Shown here: in pieces, positions 1-11,785 of the stretch | How the letters are laid out: each line of letters opens with the position of its first letter | Position numbering within the stretch: the stretch's first letter is position 1 | NCBI GenBank assembly: GCA_013239625.1 | Contig: MU053754.1 | Coordinates: 679,379-743,378, forward strand | Reading direction: 5' to 3' | Origin: Lama guanicoe | Taxonomy: Eukaryota | DNA: 64,000 nucleotides | Notes under the pieces: model-generated | Database searches by the model: none | Told to the model about the DNA's origin: nothing | What the model saw: the letters and a program-made list of their open reading frames with translations, nothing else | Translations under genes and position numbers: made by a program

Positions 1-274
1 TGGAAATGTATCACTTGGTGAGGTAAAGGTAATTACTCAAAGAAATAAAAGATGGTTGTAAGTCCTCATACTGGAGGACTGGTCCTGGAGTTGGAGCCAT
101 CAGGCTCACTAATGTTTGGGTCTGATGATAAAAATCTGTGTTTCAGTGTTTGTGCTCATGGAACTCAAATGTCTTCTCAAATTGTGCCGACCAACTTGCT
201 CATTCAGATTTAATGTTAATGAAAGCTGAAGCGTAATTAATTACAGTAAGTAATTAAAATCATAACATGAGGGT

Positions 275-500
275 GCCCAGTAGGTTTCCATTGGTGTCGT
301 AACATTCCCACAAACGTACCGACTCCAAACAATACTCATTTATTGCCTTACAGTGCTGGAGGTCAGAAGTCCTAAAAGGTCTTGCAGGGCTAAGATCCAA
401 CAGTTGGCAAGGCTACATTCCTTCCGGAGACTCTAGGGGAGAATCTGTTCCCTTGCCTTTTCCAGCTTCTAAGGGCCACCCGCCTTCCCTGTCTGCTGCT
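275..500 (-). mobile_element. MaLR LTR fragment (MLT1C/D-like)
   Basis: Contains cagtgctggaggtcagaagtcc ... ctctaggggagaatctgttcccttgccttttccagcttct, typical reverse-complement MLT1 LTR sequence; similar to the copy at 46108-46612. Confidence 0.75.
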
Positions 501-2309
501 TACCACACTCCATAAAGGACAGGATGCAGGCTGGTTTATGTGGGATGTGGGGTCTGAGACAATGGAGGATGGCAAATGCTCCAGTTGAGACTCCACTGGC
601 TGTGTGTCTCGGAGTCGTACCAGCAATGCCAGTGAGCTCCTTTACCAGGGGTCTGTTTATCGAGTGTCCTGGAAGGGTGAATAGAATTCAGCAAGGTCGA
701 GCCACTGATCTGTGTGACCTTGAAATCTTGGAGGGTTTTGTGCAGGACATCCTTGCTCAGCAGTGTTATAACAGAGTGGGTGCAGGGTAATTATTCCTCT
801 AAGCCGGGGACAGGTGGTAATGGATGACATTCCAAACAGAAACTGTGAGCAAATGTAGTTTGATACATACTTAGATACCTAACTTGGCAAAGCATTGCAA
901 AGAAGAGTTTTGAGTTTCAGCTTACAACCCTGTTAAAAATGGAATGATTTAAAATGCAGATTCTGACGTATCAATAATGCTGAAAGAGGCCAGGTGCCAT
1001 TGACCCCTTGCTGCCCTGGGGCATGTGTTCAGAAGGAAATAACGTCATTGAGTTTTTTCTGCTACTTCCAATGCTGTCTGGGGGCTATGGATTCAAACTT
1101 CATGATAAATTTAATTAAAAAGATCTAATATCTAACAGTGACTAAATTCAGTCATCTTTGCATGAATCCCCATGCAGACACATGCAGGCACAATTGCATG
1201 CAATTTGATGTCAAAATAAGGCAAGCCAAGAAGTTGAAAGGAGCCTCTGTTCTTCATGTTTCTAAAATAGTATACTCAGGCATTTTTTTTTTCTAATTAC
1301 GATTTGAACAGGAAAATTATGTGTTGACTTATTACTTTCATGTTTATTTCTGAAAGAGGTAAAGAGTTGTCATTAAAACCATTTTTGAGTTTTATATCAG
1401 AAAGTATCACTGTTGTGAGTTTCCTGGTCTTAACCAACATGAAATTCATGCAAAACATTATGATCATTTCTGTTCTCATTACCCCAGTCTAGGAAAAAAA
1501 GATTGCTTAATTCTCCTCAAGGTCAGTTTTTACGGATAGCATGCTCTTTAGAAGAGTGTTCTGTCCAGCTTAGAGACTGAGGTTGTCTTTGCCAATATTG
1601 TATTTAATACAGGTTCACTGCAGAAATTATAATTTCACAAGGCAGTAGTGTACAGGATAATGTCTCTTAATAAGCCAATAAAGAAACAACATACTCCAAA
1701 CCAATAAGAGCTTAATGACACTGTTGTTCCAGGCAAGGAAGGGATGAAAAGAATAAAGTCCAGGTTTAGTTGAGGTGTATCTTTCTACGAGGTGGTTCTC
1801 GGAAGGGTTGGCTCGGCCACCTGGGGCTCTGTCTCGGTGCCTGTGCAAAGTGAGCACCGCCTGTTGCTAGAGCAGCTTGCTGGGGAGTGAGGGCGTGGAT
1901 TCTGGTGGGTAAATTTGTCTCCTTGGGACTGCATGGTTTCCACCACTGCTGGCAAGGGGTCGTTTTGCCCAGGCAGGAGCTAACGCCACCAGCTCTTCAG
2001 AGAGCTCTTTAGGTGAGCATAGAGTCAGAACAGTCTCAGACAGTCTGCACAAACTCTGGGCGTGCAGTCTGACGGCCCTGCCATCGCTGCTTGTGTTTTT
2101 GCTGATGTGCCCCGAGCGGCCGAACACCGAGGGCTTCCGAGCAACCACAGACGGCCCTGATGCCATCCTGACCCAACACTTTCCCTTTTATATCAGAACA
2201 GCTATAGTTACAGAGACGGCTCCATCTTTGTCGTGATTAAGTGGGCTTAGAATCACATCAGACCAACACACAACAAAGAGGTTAATTCATCTTGGGAAGG
2301 TAGCTGTGT

Positions 2310-2700
2310 ACTGATCAGGAAACCTTTGGTTTCAGGTGAGTGAAGCCCAACTGTAGTCACTGGAAGAAACAGGAGGTTTTAATCTCCATTGTGGTGAGAG
2401 GCACTGGTGGATGCCAGAACTCCAAGGACGTCTGATGGTAAGTGAGCCCCTCCACTCTGTTCAGTTCATCTGGTAATGCCCTTGTCATTTACGAGTGTGC
2501 AGACTGCTTCATCCCCAGTGTCTCCACTGGCGTCTATTCCTCTGCTTCATGCTCAGTGTTTCCCCTGGCATCCATCCCTGGAGAAGTCCTCAGCACTTCT
2601 CAGCTAACAGCACCAATGCCTCGGTCTCTCTGCTCATCATTTCAGTGCCTCATTAGCCAGAACTACTGAGTGCCGTCCATCAACCTTGAACACTCAAATG
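2310..2700 (-). mobile_element. Old MaLR LTR remnant (MLT1J/K/L-like)
   Basis: tcaggaaacctttggtttcaggtgagtgaagcccaact resembles the reverse-complement MLT1K-type 3' end; highly diverged, boundaries uncertain. Confidence 0.35.
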
Positions 2701-3504
2701 GCGATTACTTGACTAGCTGTTTTGTTGGAAGTTCATTATTAGAAAGCAAAAATTTACACAAAATTCAAATGGTGCACATCCATAGCAGTAAGATGCTTAA
2801 CATTCTGTCAGTGCCGGAGCAGATCTTAAAACAAAATTGAATCTGTCAGTGTGTCACTTATGTCGAGAAAGGCACAGATTGCATTTGAACAATGTGCCTT
2901 GCATGCACAAAGAAACTGATTCTGATGTTTGTTTGCTAAAAAGTGTTCCCTACATAACAGAAGAAAACCCTCCCCATTTCTTTTTACAGAGAAGAGAGTG
3001 AATCAAGTTATTTCTAATTAAGCTGAAAGCAAGATGAAACTTTTTTTAAAGGTATCCAAAGCATTGTTTCAGTAAATTTAGTAAATATATCAAGAGACAT
3101 GTTTCATTTCAGGCTTCTTCGGAATTTAAGACTGTTCTAACTTACAAAGTTTATTTTAGCTGGAATTTTTGTTTTGAAATTCAGTAGTCAAGTTTGGGTA
3201 TTGAAATGGTTGTCATTAATTGCATTTTGTCCTTGAGTCAGAAAATTATGAACGTGTCTTCCTGTTTGTTTTCCTGCGTTTGCCATTGAAATGGGTAAAT
3301 GATGAAGCATTGACTGAATTTATGTGGTTTTACTGTGATACCTATTTTTAAAACTCCAAAATGCTCAGAGTGCAGAGTTACTGAGAATGTTTCTCCTTGC
3401 TCATGGAGGGGGGTTATGTGTTCATAGGTAATGCAGCGGCCTCAGGCATAAGTATGTCTTATCACTGGACTATTTTATTAGGCTTCTCTCAACAGTAGGT
3501 TCTT

Positions 3505-4036
3505 TTTTATTGAAGCAGAGTCGGTTTACAATGTCGTGTTAATTTCTGGTGTACAGCATAGTGATTCGGTTACACATATATTCCTCTTTATGTTCTTTTT
3601 CATTATAGATTATTACAAGCTATTGAATATAGTTCCCTGTGCTGTACACTAGGACCTTGTTGTTTATATATTTTATATATAGTAGTGTGTATCTGCAAAT
3701 CCCAAACTCCCAATTTATCCTTCTCCACCCACTCTACCCACTGGTAACCGTAAGTTTGTTTTCTGTGTCTGCGAGTCTGTTTCTGTTTTGTAAATAAGTT
3801 CATTATGTGTCATTTTTTTTAGACTCCATATACAAGTGATATCATATGGTATTTTTCTTTCTTTCTGGCTTATTTCACTTAGAGTGACGATCTCTGGGTC
3901 CATCCATGTTGCTGCAAATGGCAATATTTTATTCTTTTTTATACCTGGGTAGTATTCCATTGTATAAATAAACATCTTTATCCAGTCTCTCTCGATGGAA
4001 GTTTAGCTTGTTTCCATGTCTGGGCAATTACAAATA
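3505..4036 (-). mobile_element. 5'-truncated LINE-1 (ORF2 C-terminus + 3'UTR + polyA)
   Basis: ORF 3715..3975 reads YTMEYYPGIKKNKILPFAATWMDPEIVTLSEISQ (L1 ORF2 C-terminus); T-tail on the left; degenerate TSD tcaacagtaggttctt (3489-3504) / tcaaccgtagatcctt (4037-4052). Confidence 0.95.
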
Positions 4037-5080
4037 TCAACCGTAGATCCTTAAATTCAGTCACTTCAGCATGGTATCACAGGGTTGCTTTTGCTGAATA
4101 CGTTATAAAGAATTGGCATGGTTATGTAAAAAAGGTACAACCTTCAGCAGGGTATAAGGACAAGATCTGTCACTTTTCTGTGTTCCTAGTTGTTGTCAGG
4201 TCCCATGATAGGTCCACTCATTACATATCCTCCGTCTCATCCTCTTTTCATTTTCTTTGTGTTGGAGGGTTTAAGACTCTTATTACTGGTCCTACTTGAT
4301 CTCTGCACATGAAACACATTAGGACTAGGAGACAGAAGCCAGGTTGAGCTCAGAAGCAGTCTTAGTATCTCAGTCAGCCCAAGACCTCTGCATAGAGGGG
4401 AAGCCATGCATCCAAGACCAGGTAGCTGAGATGGTGTTCTGTGCGGATTACACATCCTCCTGGAGCCTTCCTCCAGGGCGCTGGGGACCCTTTCCCTGGG
4501 TGTCCGAAAACTACAAAAGGGGAATTCACTGTATCTTAGGTTGTACTTAACACTGCCTCTGATTCCAACCCTTGGGTCCCAGAGTGTAGATGATCCCACC
4601 AGTCAGAGTGGGGCATTCTGGGAGTCAGAGAAACACAGAATTGGGGTGCAGGCAGAGAGCTCACCCTGTCCTTCCCCCAGGACCTGAGTGCACAGTTGGA
4701 ACAGACAGGGGAGGCACCTGGAGAATCCCCCACCTTTGCACGATCCACAGAGTGAAGATGTGTATGATAGGAAGCCCACCTGAAAGCCTGTAGAAAAGGC
4801 CTCCTTACTGAAACAGTGAAGCAAAATTAACCTTGCGCTTCTGGGGAGAACAGCAGAGATGAGGGTCACTGGCTAAACTTAAACTTCAGGTGCGTTTTTT
4901 TCTATCACAGCCCCTTTGACTCACTCGCTCAAGATGTGTGGGTGGGGCTTGGATAATGATGCAGATGAGTAAACTCAACGAGATGCTGATTCGATTTGCA
5001 GCTTTGGTCCAGATGTTCTCTCTTTATTTGAAAAAATGAGAAACAACCTGACACCAGGGGTTCAGTTAAAGATCTACTCT

Positions 5081-5601
5081 TTTTTTTTGTTATTGATTTC
5101 TTTTTTCCTTTTTTTTTTAATTGAAGTACAGTCAATTACAATATGTCAATTTCTGGTGTACAGCACAGTGTCCCAGTCATGCACATACATACATATATTC
5201 TATATATTTTTCATTAAAGATCATCACCAGATATCGAACACAGTTCCCTGTGCTATACAGAAGAAACTTTTAAAAATCTATTTTTATATATAGTTGCTAA
5301 CATCTGCAAATCTCAAACTTCCAAATTTATCCCATCCCACCCCCTTTCCTCTATAACCATAAGATTGTTTACTATGTCTGTGAATCTGTTTCTGTTTTGT
5401 AGATGAGTTGATAGTGTCCTTGTTTTTCTTTTTCTTTTTTTTAGATTTTTTAGAGTGATATCGTGTGGTATTTTTCTCTCTCTTTCTGGCTTCAACTTAA
5501 AATGACGATTTCTAGGTCCATCCATGTTGCTGCAAATGGCATTATTCTATTTTTTTTTATGGCTGAGTACTACTCCATTGTATAAATACACCACAACTTC
5601 T
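5081..5601 (-). mobile_element. 5'-truncated LINE-1 3' end
   Basis: Same 3'UTR motifs as 3505-4036 (atttctggtgtacagca, tccatccatgttgctgcaaatggca); long T tail; possible TSD ttaaagatctactct (5066-5080) / ttaaggatttgctca (5602-5616). Confidence 0.95.
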
Positions 5602-5699
5602 TTAAGGATTTGCTCATTTTGACCAGTATTTCTTCTCCCAGTAGCCATTCTCTTCTAGATTGTTTATTCATATAAACCTAAGCAACTTTCAGCAAACAA

Positions 5700-6045
5700 A
5701 TGGGCATCCAGTTAGACCCTGCCCTGCCTCACTACTTTGTAGCTTGGTATGCATTCACATTGCTAAGGTCAGGCCAGTGGGATATAACAGTGGTTACATG
5801 AACAATTTCTGCCTCTGATTCTTGAGAAAGAAAGACAGATGCCTTTCATTCATCTTTCCTTCCTGTTGGTTTACCAGCGTTGACAAATGGAGCAGTTGTC
5901 ATGTGTTGAGGATGGCAAGCTAACCTTCCAGCCCTTGGCCATCCGCCCACCTCTGGGCTCTTGCATGAGAGAGAAGCAAACGTCTAGCCTACTTGAACTT
6001 TTGTGTTTAGAGTCTGCGTTACAGTGACTTAACTTGCTTCACAAA
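5700..6045 (+). mobile_element. Old MaLR LTR (MLT1J/K/L-like)
   Basis: acctctgggctcttgcatgagagagaagcaaacgtct...tctgcgttacagtgacttaac resembles the MLT1J/K 3' terminus. Confidence 0.5.
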
Positions 6046-6369
6046 TATTGAAGAATATAACCCTCTCCATCCACTGAAATTCACGATTCCACATTCAGCA
6101 CAGGGTGCTTGTTCAATCCCAGATGCTTTTGTTCCCTGGGTCACTTGAAGTCTCTCTTCTTTGGAGTGCTTGGGTTACTCTGTGTCTCTCCCTCTCACTG
6201 TGCCTCTCTATCCTTGTGCAAAATCAAGGTGCACTTCCACAAAGGACTGCTCACACACACGCAGGTAGACAGTAGGTGTAACAACATTCACTGGTGATCT
6301 AGATACTCCAAAGCTAAATATTTGTATCTTCTATTATTTAAAATGTTCCTCAGAAGTAAAGGAAGAGAA

Positions 6370-6910
6370 GTTATTCTAGTCAGAAAACCTGATAAACGTG
6401 TCATCAGCCCAGTGATGGTCAGCACCAACCAGGATATGTCACGTTGACAGCGTGTAAGCTTGATATAATAGAATGAGAAGGGCACTTCACCTTCATGGTC
6501 TCCCTCCCAAATACCCATAACCCCCATCTAATCATGAGAAAAGCACTGGAAAAACCAAAATTGAAAGACATTCTACAGACTACCTGGCCTGTATCCCTCA
6601 AAGCTGTTAGGATCATCAGAAACAGGGAAAGTCTGAGAAATTGTCACAGCCTAAGGGAGACCGAGAAGATATGACCACTGAAAGTTGTGAAATACCCTGG
6701 TTGGGATCCCAGTGCAACAAGCAGGCATTAAGGAAAAACTGAGAAAATCCAGAGAAAGTATAGACATGAGTTAATCATAATGTGTCACTATCAGTTCATT
6801 AGTTGTAACAAAGTACCGGATGCATGTTGAGGATGTTAACAGCACGGGGAATGCTCTAACATTCTTGCAAATTTCCTGTAAATCTATGCTATAAGCAAAG
6901 ATTTACTAAA
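6370..6910 (+). mobile_element. Ancient LINE-1 3'UTR (L1MC/L1MD-like)
   Basis: aaatacccataacccccatctaatcatgagaaaa...aaattgaaagacattctaca...gaaagtctgagaaattgtcacagcc, characteristic of the L1MC/MD 3' end. Confidence 0.8.
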
Positions 6911-7719
6911 TGTTTTAAAAGTGTGTTTCTAAGTGTTTAAAAAACGTGTTTTAGCATTTTCTCTCTTGCTTAGAGTGGTTTCTTTCCATCTAAAGGGAAA
7001 GTTTAATGAGAGCTGAGAAAGCACAGAATGCAGATGTAGGGACCCCTGGCTGTGTAAAGAGGACAAGTCTGGGAAGTAGCCTGAAGTTGAAGGAGAGGGT
7101 TTGTTTTGCTTATTTTTAAAATGAGTGTCTTTAAATGTGGGTGGGACAGGAAGCATCAGAGGGAGAGCACAGAATTCTGGAAGGAGAACAGATAACAGAT
7201 CTAGCAAATACCGTGAGACGTCAGTAATCAGCGGGCTCCAAAACACAGGCAGACGGTAGGCATCTTTGCAGTTGCAGTGGGAGATACGGAAGGAAAGCTA
7301 GCCCCTCTCGTAGGTGAAAATGTCATTTTCACAGGAAAAGTCCCGATCTGAGAACTTCAGTTTTCTCTTCATAGAAAAGTCCATAATTCGGCTGAAAATG
7401 AGGGATATAATCATGGGACCTAAGGTTTAGGCATTGGAAAAAAAAAAGCATCATCTATGCAAAGACTCAGAAAAATGTGAGAAATGTAAGGATATATAGT
7501 AAGTGCCTAAAAACCTAGAACCAGAGACTGAGTACCACAAGGAGTTGCTCTCTCCTTGCTCAGTTCTCCGTGTTTTGTACGTTTCTCCCTGATTGTTGGC
7601 TTCATTTGATGTACTGGCCACTTGCACTGTTTGGGTTGTAGGGCTCCGGCACCCCATTCACCAGGAGAGATGTGCTTGTGGTCTTGACTGGTGCAGAGAA
7701 ATGGAAGCCCCAGTGAGGA

Positions 7720-7870
7720 AGGCTAGGCTAGGCTGCCCAGTCTGAATCTTGCATGTAATTCTAGGCAGGTACTTTGTTTCTCAGTTTTCTCATCTGTAAA
7801 ATGAAGGTACTATACCTCTGGAAGGGCAATGATAATTAAACAAATGCAAATACAGGACACATACGCCAAT
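7720..7870 (+). mobile_element. MIR SINE
   Basis: MIR core ctcagttttctcatctgtaaaatga. Confidence 0.7.
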
Positions 7871-9679
7871 ATACGTGGCATAGATTGGTTTAGTAATGGA
7901 CTTCTGATAGGGGCGTGGGTGTAGAGCACGGGAGCTGAAGGCATTGGCTGGATACCCGAGGAGACGGGAGGTAGCTGGATGATGGAAGGGGGAAGGTGGA
8001 ATGGAGGGGCTGCAGTTGGAAAATGTTTCCAGGAGGACGTGAGCCAGAGGAATAGAAGCACTGGTGGCCAAAGAGAGGAATCCTTGATACAAGATGTCTG
8101 AGCCGAAGGCATCCCAAATGATGACAAAGATTGAAGGAAAGACAGGGAATATTTGGAGCAGTCAGTGTGGGGGGACAGCCAGATGACAAAGTCATCGTGG
8201 TCGGTTTGTTCTGTCAAGGGAAAGGTTAATAGAAATAGGAAGATGGAGAAAGGAACAGTGCTCTGTGTATCAAGGAGAGGACCACAAACTGAGGAACAAG
8301 AGGAGATGAGGGCAAGTGAGAGGTCGGCTCCTGGTGCCCAGGGAGCAGAAATAACACCACTGAGAACTGGAGCTGTAATCAACACAGCATCCACAGATTT
8401 TAACAGTGCTAAAAAGAAACGAAGTTGACTGAAGATAGCACTGTGTCCAAGTAGATGACTTTTTGGAATGAGTTTGGTTCCAGATAGCCATCAGAGTGAA
8501 ATACAAATCTGTATGTTCCTCTTAAGGTGTAACGTATGACTTCTTACCTGGTATTAGACCCCCTTTGGTGGAGAGGAGTGTGGGCGGTTGGTGTGGATTT
8601 CTGGAAGTTGGTGTACTGCAGTGTTCTCATTATCTGCTGGAAGCTTGATGATGCCTTTAACAGCATAGAAATTGCGATGGGGCTTCATGTTCTTTCTCAG
8701 CTGCACTGAATTTTCCGTTGTGGGGAATGCCAGCCGTCAGGAAAAGGGCATGTTTTGTAAGGACAGGTGTGGCTGCCAAAGCAAAATGATGGTAATCGAA
8801 TTGTGGTTCTTTCTCTTGTAACTTTAGTTCTGCCATTCTGCGTTTGGAAGGAGATAATATCTGAACCCTTCATTAAGTGATGGCTTCAGCATTCACATGT
8901 CATATGACAATTTAAATCTTTCATTATGTTCTCAATGCTGGCTTTTAGTTAACTGTGAACTTGACCTGAGAACTACTGTTGTTTTCCTCTTCATCTTTTT
9001 AAAATCACTAACCATAAATGTGATTCTCTTTTAAGGGCCATTTATGCCAAGAGTTTTGAAAGATACTAATGTCACTAATCTGGGTGGTAATCTGGGTTAA
9101 TTGAGCCTGCATTTTGACTGGATGTGGCACTTGTGAAAAGATCTTCTGTATTGTCCTAGTTTGCACAGCTGTCATACGGTGTAATTGACTCACAATCATG
9201 TCTTTAGAAACTTCACTCCTTACTGCTGGTATAGTAGATAATCTTGAGAACACTGGCATTGAAAATCCTTTCCCAAATAGTGGAATGTAATCACAGAAAG
9301 CAGAATCACCACTTTACTGCAAGAGAGTGAGTTTATTGAATTTTCAAGGTCATTTTGCCCTTATTGAATTCTCTTGAAATTGCAAGCAAACGGCACCTAG
9401 ATCTTACTGAGAGCTCCAACCCTGAGCGTGCGTGGAAAGTTGCTTTCTTCCATCTCTCTGTAGTTGGAGTATGGAATTGAGGAACCTGAGTAGCTGGGGA
9501 GTCCTGCATCGGCCCAGGGCTTAGAGGCAAGGCAACTGGCAAGTTGACCTCTGGTTCTTTTTCCATCATGCGACTCTAGAATTTCTAAGAAAAGACCATG
9601 TGACCTGCTGAGCCCAGTAATTGCTGAAGAAATCTGGAGTTTTATTCCCCCACTACTATTGGCTTTGGGTCTGTTCCAG

Positions 9680-9960
9680 AACGAGCCATTTAGCCTCTGT
9701 GATGACATAAGCCCCTCATCAGTCAAGTGAGGGAGGTGGGTAATGATTACCTGCACTTGAGAGCAACTGATAAGATTACTTGGTGATGAAGGGGGAGGGC
9801 ATAGCTCAAGTGGTAGAGTGTGTGCTTAGCATGCACGAGATTCTGGGTTCAATCCTAGTACCTCCTGTAAAAATAAATAAAGCTAATTACCTACCCCTCA
9901 AAAAACAAAAACGAAAAAGGAATTGGTGATGGATAACGTTTGGATTAAAGGTGCCGTGAA
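9680..9960 (+). mobile_element. Diverged MIR interrupted by a younger SINE
   Basis: cctcatcagtcaagtgaggg...taatgattacctgcac...gataagatta, then resumes after the SINE with gataacg...aaaggtgcc. Confidence 0.4.
9791..9920 (+). mobile_element. tRNA-Ala(AGC)-derived SINE (camelid Vic-1-like)
   Basis: Head gggcatagctcaagtggtagagtgtgtgcttagcatgcacgagattctgggttcaatcctagtacctcc matches tRNA-Ala with A and B boxes; tail aataaataaagctaattacc plus A-rich end shared with the copy at 13672; TSD core ttggtgatg at 9780-9788 and 9923-9931. Confidence 0.9.
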
Positions 9961-10053
9961 AGTTGCGAATTCAGCACTGTTGTCAGCCATTTCACGGTGT
10001 CGTCATGTAAGCAGAGGAAATTGATGCCACTACGGAGAGGGAGGTTTGGTCCT

Positions 10054-10245
10054 CAGTAGGGTTTCTCGCAGTGTGGTCTTTGGTCCAGGAGTGTCAGTGT
10101 GGCTTGGGAGCTGGTTACAGTGCAAATTCTCAGGCCCCTCCTCAGACCTGCTGAATCAGAACCTCTCCTGGGGGGTGGGGGCAGCTTATCTGTAAGTCTC
10201 AAACCTCCAGGGATTCTGAGGCAAATACAAGTTTGAGGTCCACAG
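10054..10245 (+). mobile_element. MER5A-like hAT-Charlie MITE
   Basis: gcaaattctcaggcccctcctcagacctgctgaatcagaa...gattctga...aagtttgag; roughly full length. Confidence 0.85.
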
Positions 10246-10253
10246 CTCTAAGC

Positions 10254-10470
10254 CAAGGGCCAGCAAGCCTTTTCTGTATGGGGATGGATAGTATATATTA
10301 CTGACTTGGCAGGCAGTGTGGTGTCTACATCAGCTGCTCAACTCTGCTGTCCTAGTCTGACAGTGGCCATAGACAGTATATGAATTAACAGACGTGGCTG
10401 TGTCCAGCAAGACCTTTACACAAAAATAGGGGCTGGGCTTGGTCAGCAGGCTCTCATTCACTGACCCCTA
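10254..10470 (+). mobile_element. MER58A-like hAT-Charlie MITE
   Basis: ttttctgta...gatagta...ctcaactctgc...gccatagaca...cgtggctgtgtcca...gaccccta; flanked by 8-bp ctctaagc / ttctaaac. Confidence 0.85.
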
Positions 10471-11629
10471 TTCTAAACCTCTCTTCCTCATTTTAGGTCA
10501 TTTTGGCTTGTTTTCTGTGAGTTGAATTGAAAACGTTGATCTACCTATGATGTATTTTTAAAAGATTCTCTTTGCCCAAAATACATTGTTTGAGTGCGAA
10601 TTGAAAACATGATTTTTAAATTGGAGTTTGTAGCATTTTTGTGTGTAAACAGAAAAGGAGCTGCTTAAGGTAAAGTTAACTTAGGGAAGATAGATATTTA
10701 CTTAAAACCTGAATGTATTTGGATTCATTACTGATACACAAGGAGCAAAATCTTACTTTAGATCTTATTACTTATTTAGGAAAATCTATCATATGTCATA
10801 ATCTTTATATTACAGTAAATTAACTTGAACATCTCCTGAGTCTAGGAGGGTTTCATGTACATCGCTGCCCTTGCCATGGAGCTAACAGAGGAACACCGGG
10901 GTTCATTAGTGAAATCAGACATTGGAAGCTGTATCAACAATGGCTGTTGACTCGTACACACGTTCCCAATCATAGATGCACGTGGTATCCGGCAGTTTGG
11001 ACTGGAAGAATGTATCAGCCAAAGGTTACACAGCTTCATGTGACTTTACAGCGCGACCGTGCTGCAGCCCTGTGTTGTAATAGATGTCATTTCCGATTTA
11101 CGGTTACACAGATTCTTCTGGATCATTTCAGGTGCTTAGCACAGAGCTGTGAATTGGTGCTGTAGCATATTTCTTTTTCATTGTAGATACATGTGCTTAT
11201 TTCTAAGTCTCATCACCTGCCACAAGGGAATCTAACTGCCTCAGAGTGATTCTTTGGAGGCGTTTGGAATGGAATTTGATGGGATCACCTGCTTTTCCAG
11301 CCATGGCCATCTGGCCAAGCCCCCTGTCCCCCATCATTCCCTTTTGGGTTGTAATACTGTTTTACCAAACACAGAAACAGTAATGTAGAATCTAGAAACT
11401 TGTTAGTAGAAGGAAAGGCTCTCAGTATGTGTAACTGCCTTTTTTCCTAAATCCATAAACATGATTTATTAGTACACCATGTGTGCATTTTAATAATATA
11501 TTGTAAATATTTGTATATTTACACATGTAATAGATGGTGAATATAAACTGTTTTCTGCTTCTTCCCATTGCTTAAAATTAAAGCTGATATTTTAAGTGCA
11601 GTTATATAATGTATTGATACAAGAAAATT

Positions 11630-11785
11630 ATTTCCTACACTTCTGTAAATTTACAGAGCCCGAGGTTACCATCAAACAGATGTGGATATCTTACAGTGTT
11701 AGCAGAGTCTTACTGAGAAGAAAATCACTATAAATATTTGCTGAGATCTTGAGTGAATGGATGGATTAATGAATGAATCAATCAG
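11630..11785 (+). mobile_element. L2 LINE 3' tail
   Basis: cactataaatatttgctga...tgaatggatggattaatgaatgaat, a typical L2 terminus. Confidence 0.55.

Noticed and set aside
7810..8394. Longest ORF in the window (194 aa, minus strand)
   Set aside because: Ser/Pro/Leu-rich translation of the reverse complement of a purine-rich tract; runs into a MIR; no recognisable domain
8541..8560. cttacctgg resembling the U1 snRNA 5' end
   Set aside because: Similarity stops after 9 nt; at most a minus-strand donor-like motif without a clear acceptor
9796..9866. Apparent tRNA-Ala(AGC) gene
   Set aside because: Has a SINE tail shared with the copy at 13672, an A-rich end, a TSD, stem mismatches and no adjacent T-run terminator; it is a SINE head
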